Origin: Candidatus Blautia pullistercoris
GTDB lineage: Bacteria > Bacillota > Clostridia > Lachnospirales > Lachnospiraceae
Assembly (NCBI GenBank): GCA_019114545.1
Contig: DXFG01000023.1
Coordinates: 1 to 52,541 of the forward strand
Reading direction: 5' to 3'
DNA: 52,541 nucleotides
In this document: one piece after another, positions 9,342 to 16,759 of the stretch
Layout: every line of letters starts with the position of its first letter
Numbering within the stretch: the first letter of the stretch is position 1
The notes under the pieces: generated by a model
The model's database searches: none
Told to the model about the DNA's origin: nothing
Seen by the model: the letters and a program-made list of their open reading frames with translations, nothing else
Translations under genes and position numbers: made by a program

Positions 9342-10610
9342 TTAATCTTCAATAAAGTTTGCCAGCAGATACTCCTCTGCTTCCGGACACCACAGTCCCT
9401 TGTGTGCATCTACGATGTCTGCCAGTTCCACCAGACGTTTGTCTCCTTCTTTCTCCCCTTTTTCCCGCAGGTCTGTCAGGGCAGTCAAAGGCATGGAAAG
9501 GTGGGTATAGATCAGTTTCTTTCCTCCGGGGATCTTTGGCAGATTTAAAGTTGTTTCTGCAGCAGCATCCAGACCTCCGATATGGGTGACCATAACGGAA
9601 GGATCGATACGTCCCTGAGCGGTCAGCTTCAGAGATTCGATCATATCAGCGGTATTGCCGCCGGTAGTTCCCATTACATGAGTCGAATTATAGTGTACGT
9701 CATAGAAATTCATAGTAGCGCTGAAGTTTTTGTCTGTAGGTCCGGCGAAGAAATTCAGACATCCGTCTCTTCCCAGGATAGCGCTGGACTGGGTAACGAC
9801 TGCTGCCACAGGGGCATAGCAGAATACGTCATCATAGCCTTTTCCGTCGGAAATCCGCATAAGCTCTGCCACCGGATCTTCAAAGTCGCCTGTATTTACA
9901 AAGTGCAGTTCAATACCGTCTTTGGCAGCTTCTTCTGGCGGAAATAAAGCAGCCGCTCTGTCCAGACGTTCCTGGTTCAGATCTGTCACAACAATCATAG
10001 AAGGACGGATATCTCTATGAAGAGCATAAGTCAATGCACCCAGCCCCATTGGTCCTGCACCAGCCATGATCGCCAGTTTTCCGCCTTCTTTAATGCCCAT
10101 CTGGTGGGTATAAACACCCATCTGAGTATGATAAGCAGCATTAAATGCTCCAATGCTGCAGGACATAGGTTCAGCCAGAGAAGCCTCATAATAAGCACGC
10201 CCTTTGTATTCCAGGAGACATCCCAACTCCATAACTTCTGCCGGGATCACGCAGTATGTAGTATCTCCGCCGAAAAATTCATAAGAATACCCTGGACTCC
10301 ACATAGTTCCCTTATAGTTCAGAGCCGGCTGCAAAGTAAACTTCATGCCGGGTTTAAAGGTATCCTGATGATTCTTTCCTACCTTTACAATATCTCCTGC
10401 AAATTCATGGCCCATGATCGCCGGATGTTCCGCTACGTCCTCATGAACACGTTTATGAGCAGTTCCCAGAATCGCACATTTGTAAGTAGACATGCAGATA
10501 CTGTCAGAAACCACCTTAACCAGGATCTCATCATCTGTAATTTCGGGAAGTTCAAACTCCTCCAGACGTAAATCATTTGCTCCGTGAAGCCGTACACCTT
10601 TTGCTTTCAT
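9342..10610 (-). CDS. Zinc-dependent MDR dehydrogenase, YggP / L-sorbose-1-phosphate reductase (SorE)-like
   Basis: SDSICMSTYK, GHE, SLAEPMSC, AGAGPMGLG, DGCLNFFAGPTD, NLPKIPGGKKLIY. Strongly resembles E. coli YggP as I recall it; no structural-Zn Cys4 loop. Confidence 0.85.
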   Translation of the reverse strand: MKAKGVRLHGANDLRLEEFELPEITDDEILVKVVSDSICMSTYKCAILGTAHKRVHEDVAEHPAIMGHEFAGDIVKVGKNHQDTFKPGMKFTLQPALNYKGTMWSPGYSYEFFGGDTTYCVIPAEVMELGCLLEYKGRAYYEASLAEPMSCSIGAFNAAYHTQMGVYTHQMGIKEGGKLAIMAGAGPMGLGALTYALHRDIRPSMIVVTDLNQERLDRAAALFPPEEAAKDGIELHFVNTGDFEDPVAELMRISDGKGYDDVFCYAPVAAVVTQSSAILGRDGCLNFFAGPTDKNFSATMNFYDVHYNSTHVMGTTGGNTADMIESLKLTAQGRIDPSVMVTHIGGLDAAAETTLNLPKIPGGKKLIYTHLSMPLTALTDLREKGEKEGDKRLVELADIVDAHKGLWCPEAEEYLLANFIED

Positions 10611-10685
10611 AATTCATTTCCTCCTTCATCATAATGAACTTTTTATATTTTTGCAACAAAAAACACTTTTGAAACAAAAGTTTTC

Positions 10686-11618
10686 CTATACCTGGCGATA
10701 CACAACCTTTGGAATCAGTTCCTGTATCACCGAATACTCGGCAGCCTGAGTTCCGCTGCACATTACATTGGCTGCTCCTGTTGCTGCAGATAGACGAACG
10801 GTGTCTTCCAGGGTCATACCAGATTCTTCCGCAACTGCCAGGGCTCCGACAACACTGTCTCCTGCACCTACCGTACTTCCAACCGGAACTTTCAGCCCTT
10901 CCGCATAGAGAGCTTTTTCTTTTGTTACATATAGAGCCCCGGCACTGCCCATTGATACCACTACCTTTTCAATCCCATACTTTTCCATCAGGTCCATGGC
11001 TACCTGCTTCAGCTCTTCTGGTGTCTTCAGCGTCCTTCCAACCAGCTGAGACAGCTCATGATCATTAGGCTTGATCAGATAAGGGGACGCTTTCAAACCT
11101 GCCTTTAGCAATTCTCCGTCTGCATCAAGGATGACCTTGGCGCCTTTCTCCCTGAATGCTTTCGTCCACAGGAAATAAGTTTCTTTTGGAGAACCCTTGG
11201 GCATGCTTCCTGAAATGACTGCAATATCTCCCTGGGAAACCTTTTTCAGCAGTTCCTTCAGTAAAGAATCAAGAATCTTTTCCGATACCGTTACGCCAGG
11301 CTCGTTAATATCCGTATTCGTATGATTCACCGGATCTATGATTTTCATATTTGTGCGGGTCTCTCCCTCTACAAATTGGAACCATGTATTCAGTTCCATA
11401 GCTTCCAGAGATGACTGGATCGCACGACCGGTATCTCCTCCCAGGATTCCTGCAGCCATACTTTTTCCTCCCAGCTTTTGGATCACTTTAGAGACATTGA
11501 TTCCCTTTCCTCCCGGATCTGTTCTCATAGTCGTTATACGGTTCACCCCGTCCACAGTCAGAGATGGAATCTCAACCGTCTTATCAAGGGCCGGATTCAA
11601 TGTTATTGTGTAAATCAT
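10686..11618 (-). CDS. Second 1-phosphofructokinase-family hexose-phosphate kinase
   Basis: TITLNPALD, GGKGINVS, IKPNDHEL, VGAGDS. Confidence 0.9.
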   Translation of the reverse strand: MIYTITLNPALDKTVEIPSLTVDGVNRITTMRTDPGGKGINVSKVIQKLGGKSMAAGILGGDTGRAIQSSLEAMELNTWFQFVEGETRTNMKIIDPVNHTNTDINEPGVTVSEKILDSLLKELLKKVSQGDIAVISGSMPKGSPKETYFLWTKAFREKGAKVILDADGELLKAGLKASPYLIKPNDHELSQLVGRTLKTPEELKQVAMDLMEKYGIEKVVVSMGSAGALYVTKEKALYAEGLKVPVGSTVGAGDSVVGALAVAEESGMTLEDTVRLSAATGAANVMCSGTQAAEYSVIQELIPKVVYRQV

Positions 11619-11629
11619 GGCACTTCTCC

Positions 11630-11764
11630 TTTCGTTTTAACAACTATATATGTTGTTTCAACAATTATTTATCTATAGAATACCACTTATTTTTGTTTTG
11701 TCAACAGTTTTTTCATAAATTTTTTCAAGCTTTTAAAGGTTTAACTGTTGTTTTAACAATTATT
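11630..11764 (-). promoter_or_regulatory. sigmaA promoter of the mannitol-type operon with repeated palindromic operators
   Basis: TTGACA (11704-11699), 16 bp, TATTCT (11682-11677) with extended TG. 19-mer TGTTGTTTYAACAATTATT at 11651 and 11746; weaker copy at 11630. Confidence 0.7.
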
Positions 11765-11869
11765 ATTCTGCAAATGGTACTGCGTGCCAGCAGCATGCGT
11801 CCAGCACGGATCGAAACAGAGGGAAGACCTGCTCGTGCAAGCAGGTTGGTTGCCCGACCGGCGCACCAC

Positions 11870-11915
11870 AAAAAAAAGACACCCCGTATCTTTTTCGGAT
11901 ACGAAATGTCTTTTT
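11870..11915. terminator. Bidirectional rho-independent terminator
   Basis: A8-GACA..CGTATC-loop-GATACG..TGTC-T5. Confidence 0.8.
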
Positions 11916-11942
11916 CTATTTATGGCAGCAAAGGACATGTGA

Positions 11943-12908
11943 TCAGCCGTTTACCTGATTTACTATATTTCCATTAAGGAAGGAACGAACATTCTCTACT
12001 GTAATATCCATAATCCTCTGTCTGGAGGCCTGGGCAGCCCAGGAAATGTGCGGAGTGATAATACAGTTTTTCGCTTTCAGAAGAGGATTGTCCCCTTTGA
12101 TAGGTTCTGTGGAAACCACATCCAGTCCTGCTGCGTAAACTTTTCCGCTGTTTAAGGCGTCTGCCAGATCCTGTTCTACTACAAGCTGTCCCCGGCTGTT
12201 ATTGATAAGGATCACGCCGTCTTTCATTTTTGCAATATTGTCTTTATTGATGATTCCCTCTGTCTCCGGGAAAAGAGGACAATGAAGGAAAATAACATCG
12301 GAGCGTGCAAACAGTTCATCCAATGTTACATACTCCGCCAGTTTTTTTCCGGCATCGCTCTGAAATGTATCGTATGCCAACACCTTCATATCCAGCGCAT
12401 TCAGCAATTTGGCAGTTGCCTGTCCGATTCTTCCAAGGCCGATAATGCCGGCAGTCTTTCCATACAGTTCGATCATGGGGTAATCCCAGTAGCACCAGTC
12501 TTCATTATTCTCCCATTTTCCCGCCTTTACGGTTTCGTCATGATGGCCATAATGAGAGCAGATCTCCAGAAGCAGACCCAGGGCATACTGTCCTACGATC
12601 TGTGTTCCATAGGTAGGAACGTTTACTACCGGAATTCCTTTTTCTTTTGCATAGGTATAATCTACTACATTATATCCTGTAGCCAGCACAGCGATCAATT
12701 TAATATTGCCGCATTTATCTATCGTCTCTTTAGAGATAGGTGTTTTGTTGATCACAACGATCTCTGCGTCTCCGATTCTTTCTGCGATCAGAGGAGACTC
12801 TTCATAGGAAGTCCTGTCATATACTGTTACTTCTCCCAGTTCTCTTAAAGCATCCCAGCTTAAATCTCCCGGGTTTTCTGTATATCCGTCTAAAACAACT
12901 ATTTTCAT
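11943..12908 (-). CDS. D-2-hydroxyacid dehydrogenase (glycerate dehydrogenase / hydroxypyruvate reductase-like)
   Basis: MKIVVLDGYTENPGDLSW, GLGRIG, LHCPL, INNSRG, DVVSTEP, TPHISW. Alternative starts up to 12920. Confidence 0.9.
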   Translation of the reverse strand: MKIVVLDGYTENPGDLSWDALRELGEVTVYDRTSYEESPLIAERIGDAEIVVINKTPISKETIDKCGNIKLIAVLATGYNVVDYTYAKEKGIPVVNVPTYGTQIVGQYALGLLLEICSHYGHHDETVKAGKWENNEDWCYWDYPMIELYGKTAGIIGLGRIGQATAKLLNALDMKVLAYDTFQSDAGKKLAEYVTLDELFARSDVIFLHCPLFPETEGIINKDNIAKMKDGVILINNSRGQLVVEQDLADALNSGKVYAAGLDVVSTEPIKGDNPLLKAKNCIITPHISWAAQASRQRIMDITVENVRSFLNGNIVNQVNG

Positions 12909-12953
12909 CCTATTCATCACCTTTCTGTTTTGTCGTGTTTTTCAATCTATCAT

Positions 12954-13898
12954 CTATCCATTTAAGGTCTTATCCAGTTCCTTCAGCTTGTCCAGTTCTC
13001 TTATATAGAGACTCTGAGCCAGCTCCAGTCCTACCTGGATAAAACGCACTTTAAATCCAGGCTGGCTCTGGGCGATCTTGGGAAGATCCACAGAGATCAC
13101 CGTTCCGATCTTGGCATACCCTCCTGTACTCTGGCGGTCGGCCAGCATGATGATGGGCTTTCCGTTGGCGGGAACCTGTATGCTTCCCAGAGAAATACCA
13201 TCTGTATTAATATTTCCGTCCCCTTTATGCTCGATAGGTTCTCTTTCAATCCTGCAGCCCATCCGGTCAAATTCATTGGTGATCACACCGCTGTACCAGA
13301 AAAAGCTCCGGATCCCGGCCTCTGTAAATTCATCATCCTGAGGCCCCAGAACTACACGGAGAACAATTTCCTTATCCGGATAGATTTCTGCCGGAACTCT
13401 CCTTTTTTCCATATTGGGAAGTTCCGTCTTTGGGCTGGTAAAGCCAATCTCATCCTGGGGCTGAAGCTTTCTGCCGTCTATCCCCCCCAGATTATTCCGC
13501 AAAAGGGTAGACTTGCTGCCCATGACCTGGGGAACGTCCAGGCCTCCTGCAAAGGCGATATAGCCCCGACATCCGTTTCTCATACCGCCAAAGGAGAGTC
13601 TCTGGCCTTCTTTTACAAGGACTGCCTTCCACATAGGAAATGGACGTCCATCCAGCATAGGTGCCAGATCTCCTCCTGTAACGGCAATAATATTATCCCG
13701 GGTAAAGCGAAGGACAGGACCGATAAAGGTCATCTCCAGCGCTCCTTCTGTCATCTTGTTGCCAACCAGAAGGTTCGCAATGTGAAAGGCATGCGTGTCC
13801 ATAGCTCCGGAAGTGGATACTCCGTATGCCTGGTAACCGAATCGCCCTTCATCCTGAACAGTGGTCAGGACTCCTCCGTTTTCAACTACGATTCCCAT
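12954..13898 (-). CDS. pxpC: 5-oxoprolinase subunit C / KipA-like carboxyltransferase-domain protein
   Basis: TTVQDEGRFGYQ, SGAMD, DRMGCR, GSIQVP, DRQSTGGYAKIG. ATG 13898 follows AGGAGG. Confidence 0.88.
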   Translation of the reverse strand: MGIVVENGGVLTTVQDEGRFGYQAYGVSTSGAMDTHAFHIANLLVGNKMTEGALEMTFIGPVLRFTRDNIIAVTGGDLAPMLDGRPFPMWKAVLVKEGQRLSFGGMRNGCRGYIAFAGGLDVPQVMGSKSTLLRNNLGGIDGRKLQPQDEIGFTSPKTELPNMEKRRVPAEIYPDKEIVLRVVLGPQDDEFTEAGIRSFFWYSGVITNEFDRMGCRIEREPIEHKGDGNINTDGISLGSIQVPANGKPIIMLADRQSTGGYAKIGTVISVDLPKIAQSQPGFKVRFIQVGLELAQSLYIRELDKLKELDKTLNG

Positions 13899-13912
13899 AT
13901 CATCCCCTCCTT

Positions 13913-14410
13913 TCACTCATTTGCCCCATAGGTCTTTACCTGATAAGTTCCGTTTTCCACATCCCGCCGTATCCGGTCATATTCTTCTTTTGTAACAGGC
14001 ACATGTCTTACCCAGTCTCCTGCGCTTAAAAGAAACGGATCTTCTTTCTTGAAATTGCAGATGTCCAGAGGTGTGCTGCCGATAATGTTCCATCCGCAGG
14101 GCTGTTCAAAGGGGATCAGATCTGACAGGTTCAGCTGAACCACCACAGATCTGGCAGGAATCTTCACACGGGGGGATTCCCTTCTCTTAAAACTGTAGGG
14201 TTCCTCAAATCTTGCCATGTAGGGATGTCCCGGGGCAAAGCCCAGCATATACACATAGTATTCATGCTCTGAATGTTTCCGTATGATCTCTTCCGTTGAA
14301 GTCTGTTCCAGCCGGGCACAGTATTCCAGATCCGGTCCGGTCTCTCCTCCATAGAGAATGGGGATTTCTTTCACTTTTCTTACTTTAGTTGGTTGAAGTT
14401 TATCATTTTC
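13913..14410 (-). pseudogene. pxpB: 5'-truncated 5-oxoprolinase subunit B / KipI
   Basis: EIPILYGG..GPDL, MLGFAPG, GWNIIGSTP, i.e. only the C-terminal domain (153 aa from GTG 14374). No SD; the frame stays open upstream (ENDKLQPTKVRK) and then runs into an AT-rich tract and a stop. Confidence 0.7.
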
Positions 14411-14472
14411 TAAATAAAAAGTAAAATAAATTATTCATATATAATATATTAATATATTTTATATTTTGGCAT

Positions 14473-14520
14473 AAAACAAGGACGGAGTCTGGCACCTAAT
14501 GCCAGACTCCGTCCCTTTTG
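14473..14520. terminator. Strong terminator after the malic enzyme gene
   Basis: Perfect 15-bp stem GGACGGAGTCTGGCA / TGCCAGACTCCGTCC with A-rich and T-rich flanks. Confidence 0.88.
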
Positions 14521-14592
14521 TCGGATCCTGAGTCAAATACCCCGATGCAAATATATCCGCTTAGCTCGTTGCCTGCAGGAATAGATCACATA

Positions 14593-15765
14593 TTAGATTC
14601 TTGCTACACCTGTCTTTCTTGCCGCCTCAGCTACAGCCTCAGCCACAGCTTTAGACACACGTTTGTCAAATGCGTTTGGAATGATGTAGTCTGGAGAGAG
14701 CTTATCTTCCTCAACCAGACTGGCAATTGCATAAGCTGCAGCCACTTTCATCTCATCATTGATGTCTTTTGCCCGCACATCCAGAGCTCCTCTGAAGATT
14801 CCCGGGAATGCAAGCACATTGTTGATCTGGTTCGGGAAGTCGCTTCTTCCTGTTCCTACTACAGCAGCCCCTGCTTTCTTAGCCAGATCCGGCATAATCT
14901 CAGGAACAGGGTTAGCCATTGGGAAAAGAATCGGTTTATCCGCCATGCTCTGTACCATTTCTTCTGTAACTGTTCCGGGAGCAGAAACGCCGATAAATAC
15001 ATCTGCACCTTTTAGAACTTCTGCCAGAGTTCCTTTTTCCATGTTCTGGTTGCAGATCTCTGCCATCTCTTCTTTTTCCTTATTCAGGTTGTCACGACCT
15101 TTATAGATGGCACCATGACGATCACACATAACCACATTTTTCAGTCCCAGGCTTACCAGCAGTTTAATGATAGCGATACCTGCAGCTCCGGCACCTGAAG
15201 TAACCACCTTGATATCATCCAGGTTCTTTCCGACCAGCTTCAAGGCATTGATCAGAGCAGCGGCTGTAACAACTGCAGTTCCGTGCTGATCATCATGGAA
15301 GATGGGGATATCGCAGCACTCTTTTAATTTTCTTTCAATCTCGAAACATCTTGGCGCAGAGATATCTTCCAGATTTACACCGCCAAAGCTGCCTGCAAGA
15401 AGACTTACGGTCTTTACGATATCGTCTACATCTTTAGAACGTACACACAGAGGGAAGGCATCTACATCTGCAAATGTTTTGAACAGTGCGCATTTTCCTT
15501 CCATAACCGGCATGCCAGCCTCCGGTCCGATATCTCCCAGACCTAATACAGCAGTTCCGTCTGTAACAACAGCTACCATATTTCCACGGCGAGTATATTT
15601 ATAAGATAAATCTACATCCTTAGAAATTTCCACACAGGGTTCTGCAACTCCCGGTGTGTAAGCAACAGAAAGATCTTCCGGTGTCTCGATCTTTGCCCTG
15701 CTGATCACTTCAATTTTTCCAGCCCATTCTTCATGCTGTTTTAAAGCAAATTCTCTCTTGTCCAT
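14593..15765 (-). CDS. NAD(P)-dependent malic enzyme (small-subunit type)
   Basis: AYTPGVAEPC, TDGTAVLGLGDIG, PVMEGK, NLEDISAP, HDDQHGTA, GAGAAG, GRSDFPNQINN. Confidence 0.96.
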   Translation of the reverse strand: MDKREFALKQHEEWAGKIEVISRAKIETPEDLSVAYTPGVAEPCVEISKDVDLSYKYTRRGNMVAVVTDGTAVLGLGDIGPEAGMPVMEGKCALFKTFADVDAFPLCVRSKDVDDIVKTVSLLAGSFGGVNLEDISAPRCFEIERKLKECCDIPIFHDDQHGTAVVTAAALINALKLVGKNLDDIKVVTSGAGAAGIAIIKLLVSLGLKNVVMCDRHGAIYKGRDNLNKEKEEMAEICNQNMEKGTLAEVLKGADVFIGVSAPGTVTEEMVQSMADKPILFPMANPVPEIMPDLAKKAGAAVVGTGRSDFPNQINNVLAFPGIFRGALDVRAKDINDEMKVAAAYAIASLVEEDKLSPDYIIPNAFDKRVSKAVAEAVAEAARKTGVARI

Positions 15766-15781
15766 TTTTTTCTTCTCCTTT

Positions 15782-16726
15782 TTATTCTTTTACCTGTGCC
15801 CAGAAATCTTTTAAGATCTTGGCTGAGTTATCCATTGCAGCTTTTTCTTCCTCGTTCATAGGAACCTTTAAAACACCTTTGATTCCATCTCCGCCGATAC
15901 GGCATGGAAGTGAGAATGCGATTCCCGCCCAGTTGTCAAAGCTGTCGTCCAGTACATGGGCAACAGGGAGGATGGCTCCGCTGTCTCTCAGGATATTTTC
16001 TACGATGGTAGAAACGGCCATAGCCACTCCATAGAAGGTAGCGCCTTTTAATCCGATGACTTCTGCGCCGCCAGTCTTAGTATGTTCCGAAATCTCGGCT
16101 CTGTCAAGTTCCTTTCCTGTCTGTTTTAAATATTCCTCTAAAGGAAGACCTGCGATAGTAGCGGAACTCCATACCGGCACCTGGCTGTCCCCATGTTCCC
16201 CTAAGATATAAGCCTGAACATCTTCCACATCTACGCCCAGAGGCTCGCTGATATTACATCTGAATCTGGCTGTGTCCAGGGAAGTACCGCTTCCGATCAC
16301 TCTATTGGCAGGAAGTCCGGATACGCTCTGTACCTCCATGGTAAGAATATCCGCCGGATTGGATACCACAATGATCAGCGGGTCCTTGGCATACTCCATG
16401 ATACTTTCTGTCACGCTCTTAATAATAGAAACATTGGTTTTTGCCAGTTCCAGACGGGTCTGTCCCGGCTTTCTTGCGATACCCGCTGTTACGATAATGA
16501 TATCTGCATCTGCACATTCTTCATATCCGCCCTGTTTTACTCTTACCGGACAGTAGAATCCTGCGCCATGGAAAACGTCCAGTGCTGCACCCTTTGCTCT
16601 ATTCTCATTTAAATCCACCATCACTACTTCTGTAGCCTGTTTTCTCACCATGAGAGTATAGGCGATGGCCTCTCCCACATTTCCTGCTCCTACAACCACG
16701 ATTTTGGTCTTTCCTGAATTGTTCAT
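15782..16726 (-). CDS. LDH/MDH-family dehydrogenase, probably malate dehydrogenase (Arg at the specificity position)
   Basis: GAGNVG, AGIARKPGQTR, VSNPAD, GSGTSLDTAR, GEHGDS, KGATFYG. Confidence 0.85.
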   Translation of the reverse strand: MNNSGKTKIVVVGAGNVGEAIAYTLMVRKQATEVVMVDLNENRAKGAALDVFHGAGFYCPVRVKQGGYEECADADIIIVTAGIARKPGQTRLELAKTNVSIIKSVTESIMEYAKDPLIIVVSNPADILTMEVQSVSGLPANRVIGSGTSLDTARFRCNISEPLGVDVEDVQAYILGEHGDSQVPVWSSATIAGLPLEEYLKQTGKELDRAEISEHTKTGGAEVIGLKGATFYGVAMAVSTIVENILRDSGAILPVAHVLDDSFDNWAGIAFSLPCRIGGDGIKGVLKVPMNEEEKAAMDNSAKILKDFWAQVKE

Positions 16727-16759
16727 TTCTGCACTCCTTATTGTTTGTTTAATATTTGT

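Noticed and set aside
11775-11869. Intact tRNA, hammerhead (CGAAAC) or HDV-like ribozyme (GCGCCGGTCGGGCAAC)
   Set aside because: No D-arm or anticodon arm and no TTCGA loop; no CUGAnGA core; no P1/P2/P3 partner strands upstream (a terminator is there instead). Kept only as a remnant hypothesis.
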